Below the pieces are notes generated by a model. That model saw only the letters and a list, made by a program, of their open reading frames with translations. It was not told the DNA's origin and searched no databases. From positions 2,780-35,167 of the forward strand of contig JACQXL010000097.1 in the NCBI GenBank assembly GCA_016208805.1: a stretch of 32,388 nt of DNA, in the 5' to 3' direction. A program made the position numbers and the translations under genes. The stretch comes from Planctomycetota bacterium (GTDB lineage: Bacteria; Planctomycetota; MHYJ01; JACQXL01). This document shows positions 9,100 through 17,458 of this stretch, one piece after another. The stretch's first letter is position 1. Each line of letters starts with the position of its first letter.

Positions 9100-11131
9100 T
9101 GCGGTTATCCAGGCCGTGCTTAAGGCATTGTCCGACCCTTCGGCAGTGAGCCCGATATTTGCCTCAGGGCGAACCTGTAACAAACCCGGCGCATTAAAGC
9201 CAGACCAGTTCCTGGAACAGATTATTATTGTCCTGGCCGAGCGTAATGAGTCGTTCCAGCCATACATCTTCAAGATATTCCAGCAGGCGGACAACGAGAA
9301 ACTGACCAAATTGCTGCTGGTCCAACTAAATCAGCCGGAAAAACCCGAACCGGTCCGGCAGAAACTGGTCAAAGGATTGGCCTATGCGCCCAGTAAAAAG
9401 AGCATTCCGTTTCTGATAGGGTTGCTGACCAACCGCAAGAGCGACCTTAATACCGAGATTGGCCGGACGCTTTATGCCATCGCTTACCAGAGTTTTGCCA
9501 CACGGGAAGAATGGGTAAAATGGTGGGAGAGCAACCGCAACCAGCCGCGGGAGAAATGGCTTGATGATGTCCTGGTGAGTTATCTGGAGACTATCCGGAA
9601 AAAAGACAGCAGAATCAAGCAACTTGAAGAAACAATCGCCTCGCTCAAGATAGACCTGCTGAAAATGCGGCTGGCCGAGGCCAGGCGTGTGCTGGATGCC
9701 AATGCCGAAACCGGCCTGCTTACCCAGGCGCTTGACGACGAAGCCGTCGCCATAAAGAAATATGCCCTTGAACAGATAAAACAAATGGATAAAGAACAGG
9801 CCAGGAAGTTAATGCCCAAACTGATTGAAATCACAAGCCGTTTCTATAACGGTGCATCAAGCGTCGAGGCGCCAAACCCGACGCTCGGCTTCCGAACCGG
9901 CCCGGCCGCCGAAGAAATCCAGTTAATGATTATTACACTTATTTCAGAACTGGGCGGAGAAAAAGAGGTACCAGTCCTGATAACTATATTTAATAATTCT
10001 AACTCGGCCGCCGTGCGTAACCGGATTATTCAAGCATTAGGGCGGATAGCCAGCCCGCTGGCCGTACCGCATCTGTTGACGCTTCTTAATTGGGAGACGC
10101 CCCAGGAAACAGTCCTGCTGGTGATAGAGGCACTGGGAAAAATTAAGTCCGGGGATGCGCTTCCGAAACTGCATGAATATCTCAACGCGCCGGAAACGCA
10201 GAAGAACGAGACTGTCTGCCGGGCTATCATTGACGTGCTGGGAGATTTCAAGGATATTTCCAGCAACGAAGTTATCGTGAAATTCCTTGATGACCGGCGC
10301 CAGAAATGCCGCTGGTCCGCGGCCAACTCACTCGGTAAAATCGGTACGCCGGAAACCGCGCCTCATCTGGTTAAACTGCTGCAGGATGAGTTTGCCGATA
10401 TCCGGCAGGTGGCCGTGGAGGCGCTGGGTAACCTGGGCAATAAAGCAGTTATAGCGGATTTGGCGAGAGTGCTGACGGCCGACAAAGACAGCCGCACCCG
10501 CCAACTGGCCGCCGTGGCCATCGGTAAATTCAAGGATAAGGAAACTTTAAATGCGTTGTTGCCGGCTTTGAGCGACTCTGACGAAAGTGTTGTCATTGCG
10601 GTCTGGTCAGCCATTAACGGTATCCTGGAGGCCAGCCCGGATTCGTTGCCTGAGACCGCCCAAAAACTGGAAGGGATGGGCCAGATTGCCCGCGCCGCAG
10701 AGGTCTATCAGAAGATTGTTAACCATCCTAATTTCAAGGATAAAGAGATGGAAAACCGCGGTAAATTGGGCCGCCTGTTGATTCATCTGAAGCAATATAA
10801 GGAAGCGTTGGAACACTTACAGAAAGCGGCCAATCATTTAGCCGACAAACTTGACTTCACTCTCTTATTAATTGAGTGCTATAAAAACCTGGGAATGTAT
10901 GACCAGGCCTTGCATTCCTGCGACGAACTTCTAAAGGACACCAAGGCAGAAACGCCGCTCTGGTGGAACCTAACCATAGAGCAAGTTTCCTTGCTTAGTC
11001 TGAAGAAAGATTATAATACCGCTCTGGAGAAGATAAACAAACTCCTTACGGCCAATTCACTGCCGGCAGATAAAAAAACCAGGTTGGAAGGATTAAAGAA
11101 AGATTGCGAGAAGGCATTGGCTCCGCAATAA
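9080..11131 (+). CDS. HEAT-repeat protein with C-terminal TPR-like helices
   Basis: Repeated 'LxDxxxxVRxxAxxALGxIG' units (CRWSAANSLGKIG, IRQVAVEALGNLG, TRQLAAVAIGKF). Start codon uncertain. Confidence 0.85.
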   Translation: MKPTANDAVIQAVLKALSDPSAVSPIFASGRTCNKPGALKPDQFLEQIIIVLAERNESFQPYIFKIFQQADNEKLTKLLLVQLNQPEKPEPVRQKLVKGLAYAPSKKSIPFLIGLLTNRKSDLNTEIGRTLYAIAYQSFATREEWVKWWESNRNQPREKWLDDVLVSYLETIRKKDSRIKQLEETIASLKIDLLKMRLAEARRVLDANAETGLLTQALDDEAVAIKKYALEQIKQMDKEQARKLMPKLIEITSRFYNGASSVEAPNPTLGFRTGPAAEEIQLMIITLISELGGEKEVPVLITIFNNSNSAAVRNRIIQALGRIASPLAVPHLLTLLNWETPQETVLLVIEALGKIKSGDALPKLHEYLNAPETQKNETVCRAIIDVLGDFKDISSNEVIVKFLDDRRQKCRWSAANSLGKIGTPETAPHLVKLLQDEFADIRQVAVEALGNLGNKAVIADLARVLTADKDSRTRQLAAVAIGKFKDKETLNALLPALSDSDESVVIAVWSAINGILEASPDSLPETAQKLEGMGQIARAAEVYQKIVNHPNFKDKEMENRGKLGRLLIHLKQYKEALEHLQKAANHLADKLDFTLLLIECYKNLGMYDQALHSCDELLKDTKAETPLWWNLTIEQVSLLSLKKDYNTALEKINKLLTANSLPADKKTRLEGLKKDCEKALAPQ

Positions 11132-11134
11132 GTT

Positions 11135-12331
11135 ATGAGTTTATCATACCTAACTACCGGCGAATCACACGGTCAGGCGATTATCACGGTGGTCTCCGGC
11201 CTGCCCTGCGGCCTGGAAATAAATGCCAACCTGATAAATGCCGAGTTAAACCGCAGGCGGCTGGCGGCCGGGCGCGGACCCCGGATGAAAACCGAGACAG
11301 ATAAAATAGAAATCCTGACCGGCCTGCGGAAAGGCAAGACCATCGGTACACCGGTAACGCTGGTTATCTATAACAATAAATACAAAATAGACACGTTAAG
11401 GCCGCTGACTAAATTAAGGCCGGGTCATATTGATATGGCCGGTGCGATGAAATTATTGAGTTACGATGCCCGCCAGGCGGCTGAGCGGGCCAGCGCCCGC
11501 GAGACGGCCGGGCGCGTGGCCGCCGGCGCACTCACTAAAATATTGCTTAACCGATTTAATATCGCGGTATTGGGCTATACTACCGAGATTGCCGGCTACC
11601 CGGCCGCCTGCGCAGCCGGTTCTTATAACTTAATCAGGAAACAACGCGATTCAGCGCCGTTTTATTCCACGGATAAAACCGCTGTGGCTCAATGGATAAG
11701 ATTAATAACCAAAGCACGGGAACAGGGCGATACATTGGGTGGCGTAGTTGAAGTCGCCGCCTTTGGCGTGCCGGTCGGGCTGGGTGACCATACCCAGTGG
11801 GATAACCGGCTGGACGGCAGGATTGCCCGGGCGCTTATGGCTATCCCGGCAGTCAAGGGCGTGGAAATCGGACTGGGGTTCGGCTATAGCAGTCTTAACG
11901 GTTCACGGAGTAACGATTTATTCCGGCTAAAAGGCAGTTTGTCCTTAATGGAAGGTAATTGGCCAAACTACCTTAAGGGCAACCGACCTGTAAAAAATAC
12001 TGGTTATGGATGGCTGCACCAGACCAATTATGCCGGCGGCATAGAAGGCGGGCTGGCCAACGGCGAGACCATCGTGGCTCGCGCCGTGGTCAAGGCCATC
12101 CCGACGTTAAGCAAGCCCCTGAATAGTATTGATTTAGTTACCCGAAAGTCCTGCCGGGCGCAGGTGGAATCGGCCGACGTCTGCGCGGCGCCGGCCGCCT
12201 CGGTGATTGCCGAGAATGTGGTTGCCTTTGAATTGGCCCGGGCATTTACGGATAAATTCGGCGCTGATACGCTCCAGGAAGCACAATATAACTTTGCAAA
12301 CTACCGCAGATTATTAAGGAAACTGTATTAA
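11135..12331 (+). CDS. aroC: Chorismate synthase
   Basis: TTGESHG, RPGH, ERASARETA, GDTLGG, IPAVKGVEIG and TNYAGGIEGG motifs. Confidence 0.93.
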   Translation: MSLSYLTTGESHGQAIITVVSGLPCGLEINANLINAELNRRRLAAGRGPRMKTETDKIEILTGLRKGKTIGTPVTLVIYNNKYKIDTLRPLTKLRPGHIDMAGAMKLLSYDARQAAERASARETAGRVAAGALTKILLNRFNIAVLGYTTEIAGYPAACAAGSYNLIRKQRDSAPFYSTDKTAVAQWIRLITKAREQGDTLGGVVEVAAFGVPVGLGDHTQWDNRLDGRIARALMAIPAVKGVEIGLGFGYSSLNGSRSNDLFRLKGSLSLMEGNWPNYLKGNRPVKNTGYGWLHQTNYAGGIEGGLANGETIVARAVVKAIPTLSKPLNSIDLVTRKSCRAQVESADVCAAPAASVIAENVVAFELARAFTDKFGADTLQEAQYNFANYRRLLRKLY

Positions 12332-12340
12332 ACTGCCACT

Positions 12341-14293
12341 ATGAACCGCTCTATTAAATTATTGAATTATTTATACGGCTTCGCCCGGCACTACTGGTTC
12401 CTGATTATTGTTGCGATTATTTCCATATTCCTGTATAGCGCGATTTCATCGGGCCGGGCGTTGTTGCTTAAACCATTCTCCGATGCCTTGGGGATTACCT
12501 TTTCGGATAAAGGAATAGGCGCGTCTTCTGCTAATCAGCCATCTCAAATCACGGTACCTTTTGAATCCTTGATTAAAGGCGATACGTCGGAGCAAACCCT
12601 TCTACGCATTGCCGTAATCTTCTTCGCAATGACTTTGTTGGTGGTTATTCTCGGATACATCAAGGAGTTTCTCCAGGAATATATCACGGCCAAAATAGTG
12701 ATTGATATCAGGAACAAGGTTTGCAGCCATCTGATGAACCTTTCTATCAGGTTTTTCCAGGATAAGAAATCCGGCGACCTGCTTTCCCGGCTGACCAACG
12801 ATATCTCTATTACCCAGGGCGCTATCCAGTTCCTTTTCGGCGATATGATTCAGCAACCGCTGATGATTCTGATGGCCTTCGGCTATATGCTGATGATTGA
12901 CTGGAAGATAACCCTGCTCATCATCGTTATTACGCCGCTTTTGGCGATGCCGATGATAATCTTCGGCAAGAAGATTAAGAAATACCGCCACAAGAGTCTG
13001 GTAAAATTAGGCGATGTGACCGAATCTATGCACCAGATATTCACCGGCATTAAGGTGGTCAAAACCTTCCAGATGGAAGATAAGGAAAAGGAAGACCTGG
13101 ACAAAGAGCACCGGGCATTCTTCCGCAAGTTCCTCGGCGTGGTTCGCGCTATTGCCCTGATAGTCAGCACCATAGAACTGGTCGGCGGTATTCTGGTGTT
13201 GGTGTTCGCCGTTGGGGCGGTGTATCTTATCAAAAACGGCCGGATAGATATGCCGACTGCGGTGACGCTTATGGGATTCTTATTCGTCGTTTCCAAACCT
13301 TTACGGATTATCGGCAAGACCTACGGCTCGCTCCAGGCATCCTTGAGCGGCGCCGACCGCGTCTTTGAACTGCTGGAATTAAAACCTGAACTGGTTGATG
13401 CGCCGGATGCCGGTGAGATGCCGGCCGGCTATAGTTCGGCTGTTAGTGAGTTACAGCCGACTATAGCCGGCAGTAATTCGCCCGCTCAAACTGCCGGCTA
13501 TAAAGAAATCATGTTTGATAAGGTCTGGTTTGCCTATGACCGGGAGCCGGTGTTGAAGAATATCAACCTTTCGGTCAAGCGGGGCGAGATTATTGCCGTG
13601 GTCGGACCGACCGGCTCGGGCAAATCAACCCTGCTTGACCTGATTGCCCGTTTCTACGACCCGACCCAGGGCGCTATCAGGATTGACGGTATTGACATAA
13701 GGAAAATCAGACTGGCATCACTGCTCAATCATATTGCCATTGTCGGGCAGGAGCCGTTTCTGTTCAATGCCAGCATCCGGGAAAATATCGGCTACGGCAG
13801 GCGTGACGCTACCGATGAAGAGATTCGGGCCGCGGCTAAAACGGCTTATATTGCGGATTTTATAGAGTCACTGCCGGAAAAATACCAGACCGTTATCGGC
13901 GAGCGGGGCGTAAAACTATCCGGTGGCGAGCGCCAGCGCATCGCCATCGCCCGGGCCATCCTCAAAAATCCGTCTATCTTGTTGCTGGACGAGGCCACCT
14001 CCGCGCTTGATACCGAGTCGGAAAAAATAGTCCAGTCCGCGCTCAATGAACTGATGATAGGTGGCAGTTTGAAGAATGAATTACTGTCACCTATAGTCGG
14101 CTGCAACTTCACAGGCAGCCGAACTAAAAGCCGGACCACCTTTGTCATCGCCCACCGGCTTTCTACGATTCAGCACGCCGACCGGATTATCGTGTTGGAT
14201 AAGGGCGAGATAGTGGAAGAAGGCAATCACCAGGCATTAGTCCAGAATAGCGGCTTGTATGCCCGGTTGCATCATCCTGACAGCACTTCGTGA
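12341..14293 (+). CDS. MsbA-like ABC exporter (fused TMD-NBD)
   Basis: Multi-TM domain with GDLLSRLTND; Walker A GPTGSGKST, LSGGERQR, LLLDEATSALD, IAHRLSTI. Confidence 0.93.
   Translation: MNRSIKLLNYLYGFARHYWFLIIVAIISIFLYSAISSGRALLLKPFSDALGITFSDKGIGASSANQPSQITVPFESLIKGDTSEQTLLRIAVIFFAMTLLVVILGYIKEFLQEYITAKIVIDIRNKVCSHLMNLSIRFFQDKKSGDLLSRLTNDISITQGAIQFLFGDMIQQPLMILMAFGYMLMIDWKITLLIIVITPLLAMPMIIFGKKIKKYRHKSLVKLGDVTESMHQIFTGIKVVKTFQMEDKEKEDLDKEHRAFFRKFLGVVRAIALIVSTIELVGGILVLVFAVGAVYLIKNGRIDMPTAVTLMGFLFVVSKPLRIIGKTYGSLQASLSGADRVFELLELKPELVDAPDAGEMPAGYSSAVSELQPTIAGSNSPAQTAGYKEIMFDKVWFAYDREPVLKNINLSVKRGEIIAVVGPTGSGKSTLLDLIARFYDPTQGAIRIDGIDIRKIRLASLLNHIAIVGQEPFLFNASIRENIGYGRRDATDEEIRAAAKTAYIADFIESLPEKYQTVIGERGVKLSGGERQRIAIARAILKNPSILLLDEATSALDTESEKIVQSALNELMIGGSLKNELLSPIVGCNFTGSRTKSRTTFVIAHRLSTIQHADRIIVLDKGEIVEEGNHQALVQNSGLYARLHHPDSTS
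13424..13502. repeat. Double-hairpin element, copy 1 (in frame in the ABC gene)
   Basis: GCCGGCTATAGTTCGGCTGT..ACAGCCGACTATAGCCGGCAGT..ACTGCCGGCTATA; its reverse complement matches 14056-14134. Confidence 0.85.
14056..14134. repeat. Double-hairpin element, copy 2 (in frame, opposite orientation)
   Basis: ATAGGTGGCAGT..ACTGTCACCTATAGTCGGCTGC..GCAGCCGAACTA; sits between 'ELM' and 'RTTFVIAHRL'. Confidence 0.85.
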
Positions 14294-14306
14294 TGGCGGG
14301 ATAAAA

Positions 14307-14807
14307 TCACCTGAACCCGTCCCGCCTTGGCGGGAACGGGATTCTAACAGCCGCACTATAATCGTGTCCGATATCGGCCCGGCAGATGGACAAGAATACC
14401 AATTTTTTCCTGGAGTTATTAACGACCCGGTGTGCCTGGCCCGGGCGGGAATAAATAATTGCTCGCGGCTTTAATTGATGCGATTCAAATCGCTTGTTTC
14501 TGTCCTGAAGCAGCACCAGTCCGGTTCCCTCTATACCGACAATTACTTCTGCGGCATCAGGATTATAATGGAAGTGGCCCTTGGTGAAATAGCGTTCTTT
14601 GCCGATTTTGCCCGGATGGATAATTGTCGTGGCAAAGATGAGGTGTTCTCCTTTCTTTGGAACTTCGTATTCATAAACTTCGTAGAGAACCGGGTCGGAC
14701 TTAGATAGAATCTGCTTGACTGCTTTCCGGTCGGTGAAATAGTCCTTGAGGTCGCTCAGCCGGCGGGCGATATGTTTGCCGTAGGGCTTTCGCAAATCGG
14801 TTATCAT
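14307..14807 (-). CDS. Cupin-type (archaeal-type) glucose-6-phosphate isomerase family protein
   Basis: DPVLYEVY, TIIHPGKIGKE.YFTKGHFH, E..VGIEG.G and PG.AHRVVN motifs. Confidence 0.85.
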   Translation of the reverse strand: MITDLRKPYGKHIARRLSDLKDYFTDRKAVKQILSKSDPVLYEVYEYEVPKKGEHLIFATTIIHPGKIGKERYFTKGHFHYNPDAAEVIVGIEGTGLVLLQDRNKRFESHQLKPRAIIYSRPGQAHRVVNNSRKKLVFLSICRADIGHDYSAAVRIPFPPRRDGFR

Positions 14808-14817
14808 ATTGTTATTA

Positions 14818-15040
14818 TTACTGAACTCTTGCCCTTACAGGATAAACGAAATGGGAAATAAACCACCCAAAAAGTGTCATTCTGAGCCCGTAGGGCGAAG
14901 AATCTCGTCCCAAACCCGCATAAAACGGAGATTCTTCACGGAGTTTACCCTGAGCGTAAGTAGATTCTTCGCTTCGCTCATAATGACAGTAAGCGAAGGG
15001 TTCAGAATGACAAAAGGGGCATTTCGCAAGAGTTCAGTTA
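14818..15040. mobile_element. MITE-like element with 12-bp TIR and TTA direct repeats, containing REP-like hairpins
   Basis: TTA-CTGAACTCTTGC...GCAAGAGTTCAG-TTA; internal GTCATTCTGAG..GAAGAATCTC / GAGATTCTTC..TCAGAATGAC. A second copy lies at 23258-23403. Confidence 0.8.
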
Positions 15041-15086
15041 TTAATGTCATATCGCAGTAGTGGTGTCAAATTTAATTTTAATTCGG

Positions 15087-15416
15087 CTTTTACCGGTGCG
15101 GGAACCATCCTGAGCCGTTGGGGGAATTACGCCGAGCCGTTGCGGGTACTACCCTGAACCGTTCCCGGACAGCCCCTGAGCCGTTCCCGGATAGCCCCTG
15201 AACCGTTGCCGGGTTATCTCGGAGCCGTTGCCGGATAACCCCTGAGCCGTTGCGGGATATTACCGCAACCATTGCTGGGGTATCCCTGAGCCGTTGGTAG
15301 ATAGCCCCGTAACCGTTGACAGGATACCCCTGAGCCGTTCAGCCCTACAGCCGCAACGGTGGACGGATAACTCCTGAACCGTTCCCGGAACTACCCCCGA
15401 CGGCTCACGGAACTAT
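15087..15416. repeat. Tandem array 1: 15 units of exactly 22 bp, consensus ~CCTGARCCGTTSSSGGATANCC
   Basis: The CCGTT core or a variant occurs at 15093, 15115, 15137 ... 15379, 15401 at a constant 22-bp step. Confidence 0.95.
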
Positions 15417-15505
15417 GGATGGGGGTATAGGGGAGGTAGGGATAGGGTATGGCCACCCCCTTTCCGGTTAAAAACCGCTTCCAGGGGGACGATTTGTGCG
15501 TAATT

Positions 15506-15547
15506 GCAGTATGTCCTAAAGGAAAATAGGCCATACTACCTTTAGGG
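15506..15547. repeat. 42-nt interleaved-stem element, copy A
   Basis: 33/42 identical to 31215-31256 without gaps. Confidence 0.8.
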
Positions 15548-15667
15548 AGGTGGAATTAAACTGGGATTTTGACGCTAAAAACTTGACTTTTGGGTGGCAA
15601 AGTTAAAATTACGGTTGACAGTCAAGCCCAAATTTAACATTGGACACAAAGGAGAGATGGTTTTTAT

Positions 15668-16126
15668 ATGGGTAGACGAGCGGCGCTTTTTATCCGGTTG
15701 ACCACCCAGCAGTCGGTTGAGTTAGAGGTCTTTATGCGCGAGATGGCGCGTCGGGGAAATCGCCGCGCCCGCCTCAGGGGCAATGCCATATTCTTATCTT
15801 TTCAATACGGCTGGACCGCCCAAAAGATTGCCGGCCACCTGAACTGCTCAACGCCGTCCGTGGTAAGTTGGCTAAAGCATTATCAGGAAAAAGGCATTGC
15901 CGGCCTATACGACATCCCGACACCAGCGCGGCGGCTGACGCCTTTTCAGGTTGAACAGATTACCGGGGCGATGTATGATATCACCCAGGCCAAATCCAAA
16001 CGACGTTACCGCAAACGACTGAGTTACCGCGAGACCGCCAGATTAGTCAAGGAAAAATACGGCATAAATATCTCGTACGAACGCGTCCGCCAGATTGTCC
16101 GGCAAAATCTTCTGGGTGCAAGATAA
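15668..16126 (+). CDS. Stand-alone helix-turn-helix protein resembling the IS630 N-terminal DNA-binding region
   Basis: R..AI.L...GW...KIA..LN.S...V..W...Y...GIAGL.D.P plus C-terminal 'VKEKYGINISYERVRQIV'; AAAGGAG RBS-like site upstream; no DDE domain. Confidence 0.85.
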   Translation: MGRRAALFIRLTTQQSVELEVFMREMARRGNRRARLRGNAIFLSFQYGWTAQKIAGHLNCSTPSVVSWLKHYQEKGIAGLYDIPTPARRLTPFQVEQITGAMYDITQAKSKRRYRKRLSYRETARLVKEKYGINISYERVRQIVRQNLLGAR

Positions 16127-16131
16127 TGCGG

Positions 16132-17202
16132 CTACGGCTGGATGCACTTCTGAACGTTCTCAATGATATAATCTGTCTGTTTGCCGGTCAGTGACGGATA
16201 AATCGGGAGCGAGAAAGCGGTGCGGTAGGTCTTTTCGGTGACCGGGAAATCCTTCGCAGACAGGCCCAGATAGTGGTGCAAGGGCTTATAGACCGGCCGT
16301 TTTGTCTCTATGCCCTTGCTGTTCATGTATTTGATTATCCGGTTGGCTTGAGGATGCCTGAGCACATAACGATAAAATATGCCGGTATCTATAGGTAATC
16401 TAACCCCCTCACCCTCCCCTCTCCCACTAGGGGAGAGGGTGAGAGAAGATAACGCCTGATTGTATCTATGAGCGGTTTGCTGTCTTTTTCTGATAAAACC
16501 CGGTAGTTTCTTTAACTGAACCAGTCCGACCGCGGCCTCAAGGTCGGTCATCTGGTAGTTATATCTTATTTTATAATCATCACATTCGTCAAAGTCCCTT
16601 AAATTCCTGATACGCAGAATAAACTTGGTATCGTTTGAGGCGACGGCGCCGCCGTGGCCGGCCGTGGTGAGCATCTTGGTGGCGTAGAAGGAAAATATAG
16701 CGGCGTGACCGAATGTGCCGACTTTCTTACCATTGTAAGTAGCGCCAATACTCTGGGCGCAGTCTTCAATGACCGGCACGCCCAACTTCATAAATTTATC
16801 TATCTGCGCCGGGATGCCAAATAGGTGCGGGACGATAATCGCTTTAGTGCGCCCGGTTATTTTACGCTGGGTTGAATCAGGGCAGAGGTTAAAACTTTCG
16901 TCAATATCAGCCAGCACGGCTTTGGCGCCGGTATAATTGACCGCATTCAAGACGGCCGGGCAGACATAAGAAGGGATGATAGCCTCATCGCCGGGTTTAA
17001 TTCCCATTCCTAAAAGGCAGAGATGGAGCGCAGATGTGCCGGAATTGGTCGCAACCGCACCAGATAGGTGATGATAGCAGGCGATGGCCTTCTCAAATGC
17101 CCTGACCCGCTCGCCCTGGGCCAGGTAGTTGGAGTGGAGTGTCCCGGCCAATGCTTTTTGTTCTTCCTGGCCTAATGTAGGCATTGAATGGGGAATAATC
17201 AT
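16132..17202 (-). CDS. DegT/DnrJ/EryC1/StrS family PLP-dependent aminotransferase
   Basis: NSGTSALHL, VPHLFG, IEDCAQSIG, FSFYATKML and SLPIYP motifs. Start moved to ATG 17202; the track's N-terminal extension translates a repeat element. Confidence 0.92.
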   Translation of the reverse strand: MIIPHSMPTLGQEEQKALAGTLHSNYLAQGERVRAFEKAIACYHHLSGAVATNSGTSALHLCLLGMGIKPGDEAIIPSYVCPAVLNAVNYTGAKAVLADIDESFNLCPDSTQRKITGRTKAIIVPHLFGIPAQIDKFMKLGVPVIEDCAQSIGATYNGKKVGTFGHAAIFSFYATKMLTTAGHGGAVASNDTKFILRIRNLRDFDECDDYKIRYNYQMTDLEAAVGLVQLKKLPGFIRKRQQTAHRYNQALSSLTLSPSGRGEGEGVRLPIDTGIFYRYVLRHPQANRIIKYMNSKGIETKRPVYKPLHHYLGLSAKDFPVTEKTYRTAFSLPIYPSLTGKQTDYIIENVQKCIQP

Positions 17203-17205
17203 AAC

Positions 17206-17355
17206 TATTGGTCTGTCACACCTCAAGTGATGAATAATACCCTCTCTCTGTTTGTCACTCCTGCGAAAGCAGGAGTCCATCCTTCTGGATTCCCGCTTTC
17301 GCGGGAATGACAGGCGAGGGAAGGCATTCATTAAATTACATGTGACGAACCACTA
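17206..17355. mobile_element. REP-like doublet (GTCAYTCCYGCGAAAGCRGGARTCCA, inverted pair, 17253-17312) inside imperfect TA-ended inverted repeats
   Basis: Clear inverted doublet; outer ends TATTGGTCTGTCACA..ATGAAT and ATTCAT..TGTGACGAACCACTA. Confidence 0.7.
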
Positions 17356-17410
17356 TTCCCTATTATCAAATGCCGTAACTTATATCAAGAATTTCTAACC
17401 CGGATTATTC

Positions 17411-17433
17411 ATCCCGACACATCGTGTCGGGAT
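17411..17433. repeat. Small palindrome family TCCCGACACWTCGTGTCGGG
   Basis: Also at 23227-23246 and 27916-27936. Confidence 0.85.
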
Positions 17434-17458
17434 AACGGCGGGATAAAGGACCCTCCAT

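Noticed and set aside
15583-15609. Sigma70 promoters for the HTH genes (TTGACT at 15583 and 17935)
   Set aside because: The -35-like hexamer is shared, but the -10 matches are weak or mis-spaced. Kept only as leader homology.
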